Below are positions 1 to 8,289 of a stretch of 64,000 nt of DNA, piece after piece. The position numbers and the translations under genes are program-made. The DNA is from Paramoeba atlantica (Eukaryota; Protista; Discosea). The DNA lies in NCBI GenBank assembly GCA_977017575.1, contig CDRNVI010000063.1, positions 434,001 to 498,000 on the forward strand, in the 5' to 3' direction. How positions within the stretch are numbered: position 1 is the stretch's first letter; every line of letters starts with the position of its first letter. Below the pieces are notes generated by a model that made no database searches, had not been told where the DNA came from, and was given only the letters and a program-made list of their open reading frames with translations.

Positions 1-1
1 C

Positions 2-480
2 TTCATTTTTTTCCAACTTAAAGAGGGTGTTTAGCGTCTCACAAAATCGGGCAGATGCTGCCCCGTTCATCCTATTCCGAACTTCGTTCATATTCAACAC
101 TTTCACTTTCTTCACATGTAATGGTAGTTTGAGATCATCATGCATAGCGAGCTTTGTGGTGCGTCGGGTACGCACAATGGTGTAGCGGCTCTTCTCTTGC
201 GGCATATCGCGCAAGTACTGGCGAAATAAATTTTCGGAGCTCACAACGTTTTCAGATGCATTGTCGCTTTCCCAGTTCCAAGAGCGAGCGCGGTAGTGAC
301 GGGATCTGAATTGTACCGGAGGAGGGATTCTATCTGTTGGTGTTTTGCCAGATTCTTCAGTTCGTCGATTGTGACCTTCCCATTTGCGACCTGTTTGAAC
401 AGCTCCGTGACCGCCCCTCTCTTGGATGAATGTGTCCCAAAAGCTTGACCGAGCGTTTGCTTGATATTTCGATCCATCTG
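2..480 (-). CDS. N-terminal part of the RT ORF of YR-1 (partial; overlaps the YR ORF in another frame)
   Basis: Hand translation shows an open frame from at least 478 to 2 (...DDLKLPLHVKKVKVLNMNEVRNRMNGAASARFCETL) that aligns with DEMKLPLHAPSVPSLDIARIRSWMQPEMKCRFDEV in the RT ORF 8257..11271; start not determined. Confidence 0.7.
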
Positions 481-1311
481 TCGTACGTTCGTTCGGCACA
501 TTGTGTTCCACGACTTGAGCGTATGAACGTATTGGGCAAGCTCCGGAGTGCCTTCCCCAAGAATTACTGTGTACATTGATGGTCGCCACTGGTTGCAACG
601 CGACGCCTTTGTTCCTCTGCCCCAGGCGATTACTATTCTTTGCGAGGTCACCTGTACGAATCTTTCTGTCGTTAAATTTGCTGTCTCGGTCCAGCGGGAG
701 GCAGCTTTCCAGCACAGTAGCATTGTCATGCTTTCCGATTGAGTCAGATTCTTTCGTAGCTTGTTCAAGAGGTATGGTGTTAGTGGTTCCATTTGGTGTT
801 TCGGCTCCTCCGCACCCTCGGCTTGTAGCGCTTTGCAGAAAAACTTTATTGGTACAGTGCTCTCTCCGATTAGGTTGAACAGTGCCATTATTGCTCGAGC
901 GTACGTTATTTTCGTTTGCGGAGATATCGGGAGAAGCTGAATGAAAGCGACTGCATGTATTGGACTTAGATGTATCTTTTTCCACGTGCAAAAGGTCCTG
1001 AACCTTTCCCAAAGCCTTGCCCTTGAATCCCACGTTGATGTGCTCCACATTGAGGCCATCCCATCCAAGGCCACTCTGACTTCGTGAGTGATCGTACTCA
1101 CACCCATCAACAGGCTTAGCAGGTTTCTCCTGCCTGATTGCGCCGACTCCAAACTTAACGTTCCCTGATATAATTTTCCAGATGAAATTAATCTCCCGTC
1201 GTAGCTCCGCGCATTGACTACATTCTGTGCTGTCGTCTTTCTTCGTTTGCTGTGCGGAGCCTCGATCTGCGATGAAATTCTTTTGTATACTATGGACTTC
1301 TGTGGTACCAT
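241..1311 (-). CDS. Tyrosine recombinase of YR-1
   Basis: Catalytic motifs CWKAASRWTE (R), FGTHSSKRGA (HxxR), AKHQQIESLLRY (H...Y). Confidence 0.9.
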   Translation of the reverse strand: MVPQKSIVYKRISSQIEAPHSKRRKTTAQNVVNARSYDGRLISSGKLYQGTLSLESAQSGRRNLLSLLMGVSTITHEVRVALDGMASMWSTSTWDSRARLWERFRTFCTWKKIHLSPIHAVAFIQLLPISPQTKITYARAIMALFNLIGESTVPIKFFCKALQAEGAEEPKHQMEPLTPYLLNKLRKNLTQSESMTMLLCWKAASRWTETANLTTERFVQVTSQRIVIAWGRGTKASRCNQWRPSMYTVILGEGTPELAQYVHTLKSWNTMCRTNVRQMDRNIKQTLGQAFGTHSSKRGAVTELFKQVANGKVTIDELKNLAKHQQIESLLRYNSDPVTTALALGTGKATMHLKTL

Positions 1312-1389
1312 TTGATGCGAAATTTTCGTTCCTACGTCGATTCTCCGGTATTCTATATTCGGAACACTGGCGATTAAAGGACGGGCGTT

Positions 1390-2535
1390 TCATAACGTCT
1401 TGGCGCTGTGCGCGCTGCCAGCCGCCCTCTGGCGAAAATCCGGTGGTGATGATCTTTTGTACGGACAATCCTTCAAGAAATGATCAGGAGATCGGCAATT
1501 GTAACACACTGGGCGCCCCACATTGGAAGAAGCATAACTCGGATACATTTGTCTCGGCTGACCAAAAGAACGATAACTTCGATTCACATAATTTGATCCG
1601 GAGTAGCGCGCACGAAATTTCTCTCGATCGGATAACTGATCCGACACGTGTTGATAAAATTTGTCGTGTGATCTGTCCTCTTTATCCAACTTCTGGTGGA
1701 CTGCCTCTACATCTACCTTGCACGCTCGCCAATATGAGTCTCGAAGACTCTGAACGATGGCTTTACCCAACTCCAAGAAAGGACCTTCAGACCATCCTGG
1801 GGTATCCCGCGCCAACATAATCCATTTCCCTAGCAAATTGTCGAAGTTTCGCTCTTGCTGTTTCTGAAATGAACGATCCTGAAATAATTGATTGAGTCGC
1901 AAACCATATTCCGGTGCCTCCTTCAGTTCCCGAATCAAATCACGAATGCGAAATCCCTCATCATTACGGGCATCGATCCACGCTGGCCAAGTAATAGGTT
2001 CATAAGGGTCTAACTTTAACGAATTCATTGATGCGAATGATTGCAGATTTGGAGGCAGGGGCCGTCCGCCGTCCAATGGCTGCGTCTCCGGAAGATTATT
2101 CGAGGACTGTGGTTCGGCTTCTTCCAGGTCAATACGAAAGTAATTCAGATCATTGTGAGGAAAGGGGTACTCACGCGTGGGATCGTCCTCCCAGACGGCC
2201 CACATTTCCATGCCTTCACGTCGAATCTTGCCATGCGAAGTACGTTTTGCCGAAGTCGACGCGTCTTTTCGTTGCCATACCGCTTTAATGTGCAGAACCG
2301 GTGCCACATCCTTCGCCAGCAAAAGCTTTTCACACACTCTTGATTTCATTATGCTCATTTCCGAGCTTCCCATCGGATTCTCTGGCACGATCGATGGACT
2401 ACGCGTTTCGCGTGGTGATAGAGTCTCTCGCGGCGACTGAGGCATAGGAAAAAATTTTCGTACGAGATATTTTCGTATGGTTCGGCAGAAGGTTTCAAGC
2501 TCTGTCCCCCCTGCCGCGCCGGAAGCATCCGCCAT
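1390..2535 (-). CDS. Gag-like protein with CCHC zinc knuckle
   Basis: CYNCRSPDHFLKDC near the C-terminus; lies upstream of YR. Confidence 0.8.
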   Translation of the reverse strand: MADASGAAGGTELETFCRTIRKYLVRKFFPMPQSPRETLSPRETRSPSIVPENPMGSSEMSIMKSRVCEKLLLAKDVAPVLHIKAVWQRKDASTSAKRTSHGKIRREGMEMWAVWEDDPTREYPFPHNDLNYFRIDLEEAEPQSSNNLPETQPLDGGRPLPPNLQSFASMNSLKLDPYEPITWPAWIDARNDEGFRIRDLIRELKEAPEYGLRLNQLFQDRSFQKQQERNFDNLLGKWIMLARDTPGWSEGPFLELGKAIVQSLRDSYWRACKVDVEAVHQKLDKEDRSHDKFYQHVSDQLSDREKFRARYSGSNYVNRSYRSFGQPRQMYPSYASSNVGRPVCYNCRSPDHFLKDCPYKRSSPPDFRQRAAGSAHSAKTL

Positions 2536-2550
2536 TTTTTTATAAACGAA

Positions 2551-2715
2551 TTTATAAAAAAGGTGTTCTTTATAAAAAAGGTGTTCTTTATAAAAAAGGT
2601 GTTCTTTATAAAAAAGGTGTTCTTTATAAAAAAGGTGTTCTTTATAAAAAAGGTGTTCTTTATAAAAAAGGTGTTCTTTATAAAAAAGGTGTTCTTTATA
2701 AAAAAGGTGTTCTTT
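2551..2715. repeat. 18-bp tandem array type 2 (TTTATAAAAAAGGTGTTC)n, about 9 units
   Basis: Read directly. Confidence 0.97.
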
Positions 2716-5595
2716 CGTCGACGGCCTTTGATCTGTGAAATGAACACTTGCGAGAACGAGGAATCCAAGGAAGAAAAGACCGATAAACGGGCCATTAAAA
2801 AAGCAACTCGACTAATGATAGAGGGGTCCACAAAAAAAACAACGCAAATACTAGATCGTAAGTTCGCTGCACATCTACTTTCGGACGAAGAAACTTTACA
2901 AAAACTCCAAGATCTCCACCCGCAAAGCTCTTATGAATTCGATCTTCCCAGAGACGCTCCGATTCTCGGTGGTCTGCATCCCACTGAGTTACGTTCCGCC
3001 GGGTTACGCCTCGCCAAGGGAGCCAGCCCGGAGCCCACGGGAATGACAGACACGATCGTCCGTATCCTGATAGGAAATCCACGCCGCGGGGCATAATAAA
3101 TAACATGTATCGAATAGTAAACAAAGAAACAACTAAAATGTATCTGATTGCTCACAAGCCCTATTTCCCAATCTCAAAACATAACATCAACATTAAACTG
3201 TAAATAATATGTTCTCACGACAATTTTAGGCCTGCAAACATATATGTCACTGTCACTCTGTTAACGGGGTTCCCCCCACCGGAACCCTCGACCAACCTGC
3301 CACAAAAACTTTTGAAACGTAAGTAGAAAAAATAGCCTACCAAGAATATAAAGAATGAATAATGAAATTACAACACTATTTGAAACAAATCATAATTTGA
3401 AGAAATTATGTGCCCCGAAGGGCCAAGCAGGCATAAACAACTCCCTGCCCCGCGGCTAAATTTCCAAACGTGGACTATTAATGATCCCGTCTGTTGTGCG
3501 AATTTCTGTCATATGCTCATGGACCTTGTGAATGGCTTTCTCTCAAAAGACGTAATGCGGCGTTTAACGAGATCAAGACTCATTGCAATACCCAAGACCA
3601 ATGGGGGTGTCCGTCCAGTGGCAGTTGGGGAAGTGATAATGAAATTAGCAGGTTTGGTTTTGGTGCAACGTTTCGAATTCACTCTCCAACCACTTTTCGC
3701 TCCGATACAACAGGGAGTGATGGCGAAGTCCGGCTGCGAAAGGGTTGTGCATACATTGAACTCCCTATACAAGGAAGGTTCATGTATCATGTCAATCAAC
3801 GTCAAGAACGCGTTCAACGCCCCATCAAGAAATGACCTGGCCAGAGCAGTTTACGGATTGGCGACACTTCGACCATTCCAAAGATTCTTTCATGCCGAGT
3901 ACGCAGCTCCTTCAGAACTTCTCTATTACGGTCACGAAGGCAAGCACGTCGGTACTATTCTAAGTACGAACGGAGTAAGACAAGGCTCGACCCTTTCGAC
4001 GGTGTACTTCTGCGCGTTGCTTCAACCAGTGTTGGAAACTCTGGCGGCAAAGTATCCGAAAGTTAAAATAAATGCCTATGTTGACGACATCACACTAGCT
4101 TCTCACAACCCCGAAGAGTTGACAGATGCTTTCCTATACCTCCGCGAGCTACTGACGCATCAAAGCTTATTTGTGGCGAGCCACAAATGCATATGGTTCG
4201 GTGGGAAACAGAAAAAGCGTATGCCAAACGCACTTCGAGACGCGGGAGTCATTGGGGAAGCCGAGGCGTTCAAAGTACTGGGAGCGTTCGTTGGAGATGA
4301 TAAAGTTGTGAGTCAATGTTTGTCGAAGTCGCTGGAGAAACACAACGACATATTCCGTCAACTCAAGCGCATGGGCCCTAGCAACCTGTCATGCAAGATT
4401 CTTTCCAAGTGTGTCAATGTAAGACAAACATATCATATGCGTGTTCACAATCCCGCCGCCTCCGAAAATTCAGCGGAAGGCTTTGACACGGAAACTGAGA
4501 AAGTGGTCGAATCGTGGTTCGGAGAATTAGATGAAGAGCAAATGTCGCTAATACGCATGCCAACGAAGAAAGGGGGATTAGGATTAACAGCATGCGCAAC
4601 GACAAGAAGGGCAGCATATGAATCATCCAGGTACTCGGTTCTTGAGCAACAAGTGAACAACTCAGCTCGGACCGACAACCTCGAAATACAAAGCGCCCAG
4701 GACCAGCAGCACACAAGTATTCCCCCCAATGACATAACAACTACGGCAGCCCAGATACACTCTAGAACCTGGAAGAAATTGACAAGCGGCACATCGGACA
4801 TGTCCAAAATACTCGAGAAAGTAGAATTCAAAGGAAACAGCGAGTGGGTACTGTCGGACACAAAATTAATTCCACCCCACCTCTTCCGACTTGTCATAAT
4901 GCCGAGACTTGGAATTGCACATCCGGATTTGCCCTCCCATATTCTTTGTCCAGGGTGCAAAATTCTTCTGAATTATGACAACATGATACGTCATATTACA
5001 GGATGCTCAAAATGCGCTGGTTTAAACGCAACGGTAAAGCACAGCACCCTGGTCAACTTCTTATACGAACTGTGTTTAAAAACCGGCATTCCGTGTGAAA
5101 AGGAGCCTCGAACTTTTTCCACCATCTCGTTGCACACAATGCAACGAGATGGTTGAACCAAACCACAAACGGACCCACGAACGAGCATGTGGAGGCAGAT
5201 CTTTCCGTCGGTCCGGGCCAGATCTCTTTATCTATTGGGCAAGCGGGGAAATATATTACGACCTAACCGTTGTACATGAACTCGCTCCCTCCAATCTTGC
5301 GACGAAATGCGCCCAGCTGTTTCGAGAGGCCTCCAAGCGCAAACACGACACATACGTGAAAACTGGAAAAATAACGGAAAGCTCATTTCAATGTATCCCC
5401 ATCCTGTCAGGAGGCGCGATGCACATGAACACGCAATCCCTGCTCTCAGCACTTGCGGACGCTAGCGGAAGTCAGCGACAACAAATCAAATCAGAGTTCC
5501 AGATATTGTTACAGGAGCTGAATGGTGCAGTGGCGTACTCACAACTTAGGAAATACATATCACGGGACAGAAAAGAAAGTGAACTCGCCTTTTGA
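2716..5595 (+). pseudogene. 5'-truncated CRE-clade non-LTR retrotransposon (family A), broken by a 407-bp insert and a frameshift near 5120
   Basis: RT motifs GVRQGSTLS and YVDDITL; CPGC...H..GC knuckle; RLE motif SGPDL...YYDLTVVH; starts directly after the type-2 array. Confidence 0.9.
3074..3480 (-). mobile_element. ~400-bp structured non-coding insertion element, copy 1 (antisense to its host ORF)
   Basis: Ends GAAATCCACG...CGTGGACTATTA; removal restores ATA G|AT GAT CCC (RILIDDPVCC); no target duplication. Confidence 0.85.
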
Positions 5596-5759
5596 GACGA
5601 TTGCGTCAGACGAAGAAACGAAGACAAAGATGTCAGGCTATAGGACTCTAGGAAGTGTAATTTGGCCAGTGTCTGGTGACATAAAACTTTAAAACAAAGT
5701 AAAATTGATAATTTGATTGTTTTTAACATTGAGAAGAAAAAGTAATGGTTTGTGCTTAC

Positions 5760-5907
5760 TTTTGCGTGAAACGAAAGTCAACAGAATCAAATCTTTAGGG
5801 GAGGCTATCGAATCTATCGAAGAAAAGCAAAATGAAGCATCCGAATCGATAGAAGTGAGTCGTGATTTAGATCCTCTTCCAAGATTCGCGCAAAAAAAAA
5901 AAAAAAT
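5760..5907 (+). pseudogene. Short fragment of a family-A CRE ORF followed by an A-tract
   Basis: DLDPLPRFAQ matches the DLDPLPPMAQ segment of family-A ORFs. Confidence 0.5.
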
Positions 5908-5943
5908 ATTAAGATCCTACAACGGAGAGGTTCATCGTGTGAT

Positions 5944-6036
5944 GTGTTCTTTATAAAAAAGGTGTTCTTTATAAAAAAAGGTGTTCTTTATAAAAAAGGT
6001 GTTCTTTATAAAAAAGGTGTTCTTTATAAAAAAGGT
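5944..6036. repeat. 18-bp tandem array type 2, about 5 units
   Basis: Read directly. Confidence 0.95.
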
Positions 6037-6048
6037 GGATATAATCTT

Positions 6049-6081
6049 CAACAAGGTACAGAAACTGTATCTTTATCGTTA
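6049..6081 (-). other. Spliced-leader exon retrocopy (33 nt)
   Basis: TAACGATAAAGATACAGTTTCTGTACCTTGTTG; resembles the kinetoplastid mini-exon (AACTAACG...CAGTTTCTGTAC...TTG); not followed by a GT donor. Confidence 0.85.
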
Positions 6082-6498
6082 AATATAAGGGTGTCCACGC
6101 GGGGACCACAAAATTTTCGTACGGATATAATCGGCTAGGGGGGACCGATGAGTACTCATCGTAAGTTGTAGACTTTCGATGAGTCTCACGGAAAGTTGTA
6201 GACTTTCGATGAGTACTCATCGAAGGTGTTTTTGACTTTTTCAATTTTTCGTATTTTATCAATTTTTTGCGAAGGGCCAACTGTGAGCGTAGCCCTGGGA
6301 CATAATAATATTTTTTGGCGACCCGTGCGCTCCATGCGGAGGTGGTGGATATTGGCACGGCGGGCGGAGGAGGAGTTGGCATCACGGCCTTCTTTTTCCG
6401 GCGGGCAGGAGGGAGCGGCAAAATCTCAGGACTACTCCTGATTCTTTTGCTTGGGAGCGTGTGAACACTCCCATGAAAGGTAAAAAAAAGTAAATAAT

Positions 6499-6531
6499 CA
6501 ACAAGGTACAGAAACTGTATCTTTATCGTTA
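6499..6531 (-). other. Spliced-leader exon retrocopy (33 nt) heading a degenerate ORF (MGVFTRSQAK...)
   Basis: Identical 33-mer, then a pyrimidine-rich UTR and an ATG. Confidence 0.85.
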
Positions 6532-7068
6532 AAGATTATTGTACGTGTGCTTCTCTCTAGATTCGTGGGAAGCAATTTGCGAAGCTCAACTACCTTGATA
6601 ACAAATTTTAGTACCCATTTTGGCCGCGCGGGGGCCCCCGCGTGAGCGGGGGTGCGCGCGGCCGCGAAACGGCGAGGGCCCGCGTGAGCGGGCCTGAGCC
6701 GTACCCCGCGTAGGATTCCCCTGTGCGTCGTTAGTGGGAAGCAATTTGCGAAGCTCACTGAATTTCGTGGTTTTCGCTACGCAGGCGTTGTCAACGTATG
6801 TAGTGAAGTGTAGGATACTGAACGCACGGAAAAGGAAAATCAAAAAAAAATCTTGAGTGTTCCACAAAAGTCCTTGACTTCCACCGTAAATTTCCGTTCG
6901 TTGAGAACTCAACGAACGTACCCCCAACCCGTCTACCCCTTCCGCAGGATTGTCCAGAGGCAAGGCCCAACTGTGAGCTTAGCCCTGTTGTTTTTTGTAA
7001 GACGGATTCTTCAGCTATTTTTCCGGTTTTAACGTAGGTATCATGTTTCCGTTACGTTGATGGCCACC

Positions 7069-7766
7069 ACCCTTTCTTTTGTTAAGACCCTTTCTTTTGT
7101 TAAGACCCTTTCTTTTGTTAAGACCCTTTCTTTTGTTAAGACCCTTTCTTTTGTTAAGACCCTTTCTTTTGTTAAGACCCTTTCTTTTGTTAAGACCCTT
7201 TCTTTTGTTAAGACCCTTTCTTTTGTTAAGACCCTTTCTTTTGTTAAGACCCTTTCTTTTGTTAAGACCCTTTCTTTTGTTAAGACCCTTTCTTTTGTTA
7301 AGACCCTTTCTTTTGTTAAGACCCTTTCTTTTGTTAAGACCCTTTCTTTTGTTAAGACCCTTTCTTTTGTTAAGACCCTTTCTTTTGTTAAGACCCTTTC
7401 TTTTGTTAAGACCCTTTCTTTTGTTAAGACCCTTTCTTTTGTTAAGACCCTTTCTTTTGTTAAGACCCTTTCTTTTGTTAAGACCCTTTCTTTTGTTAAG
7501 ACCCTTTCTTTTGTTAAGACCCTTTCTTTTGTTAAGACCCTTTCTTTTGTTAAGACCCTTTCTTTTGTTAAGACCCTTTCTTTTGTTAAGACCCTTTCTT
7601 TTGTTAAGACCCTTTCTTTTGTTAAGACCCTTTCTTTTGTTAAGACCCTTTCTTTTGTTAAGACCCTTTCTTTTGTTAAGACCCTTTCTTTTGTTAAGAC
7701 CCTTTCTTTTGTTAAGACCCTTTCTTTTGTTAAGACCCTTTCTTTTGTTAAGACCCTTTCTTTTGT
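7069..7766. repeat. 18-bp tandem array type 1 (GTTAAGACCCTTTCTTTT)n, about 39 units
   Basis: Read directly. Confidence 0.98.
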
Positions 7767-8289
7767 AATTTCGATTCCGCATCATTGTGAATGAAAGCGA
7801 AGTAACACAAATTTAAAACCAGAATGTTATTGGTGAACTCGTGACGTAAGAAATATAAGGATACTATAAACTATTCTATTTAGGATTCGCGAAAGAATGT
7901 TACATAGTAGAAAACAAAACTAACTTGCTAAAAGAACTCACGACTGGGTGTCGGCGGCACGTGGCGTGGGGAGGCGGGCGGGAAACTTTTTCTTTTCAAA
8001 TAGCGGAAATGTTCTAACACGTACAACAATAATGATAATAATGCCATATGTTTTCGATATAAGACGTAATCAAAATTACTTTCTCAAGTTTACATAATTT
8101 CGATTCCGCATCATTGTGAATGAAAGCGAAGTAACACAAATTTAAAACCAGAATGTTATTGGTGAACTCGTGACGTAAGAAATATAAGGATACTATAAAC
8201 TATTCTATTTAGGATTCGCGAAAGAATGTTACATAGTAGAAAACAAAACTAACTTGCTAAAAGAACTCACGACTGGGTGTCGGCGGCAC
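7767..8289. repeat. B2-spacer-A2-B1 block of split direct repeats (contains the circle junction at 8095/8096)
   Basis: Exact duplications of 194 bp and 110 bp. Confidence 0.93.

Larger units (their letters stand above)
1..2545 (-). mobile_element. Tyrosine-recombinase (DIRS-order) retrotransposon YR-1, running off the left edge
   Basis: Order gag (CCHC knuckle) - YR - overlapping RT-frame ORF on the minus strand; its 5' end abuts the type-2 18-bp array. Confidence 0.85.

Noticed and set aside
6049-6531. Functional SL RNA genes
   Set aside because: No copy is followed by a GT donor or a shared intron/Sm-site sequence, and upstream flanks differ.
7069-7766. Canonical TTAGGG telomere
   Set aside because: No (TTAGGG)n tract is present; telomeric status of the 18-mer remains only a hypothesis.
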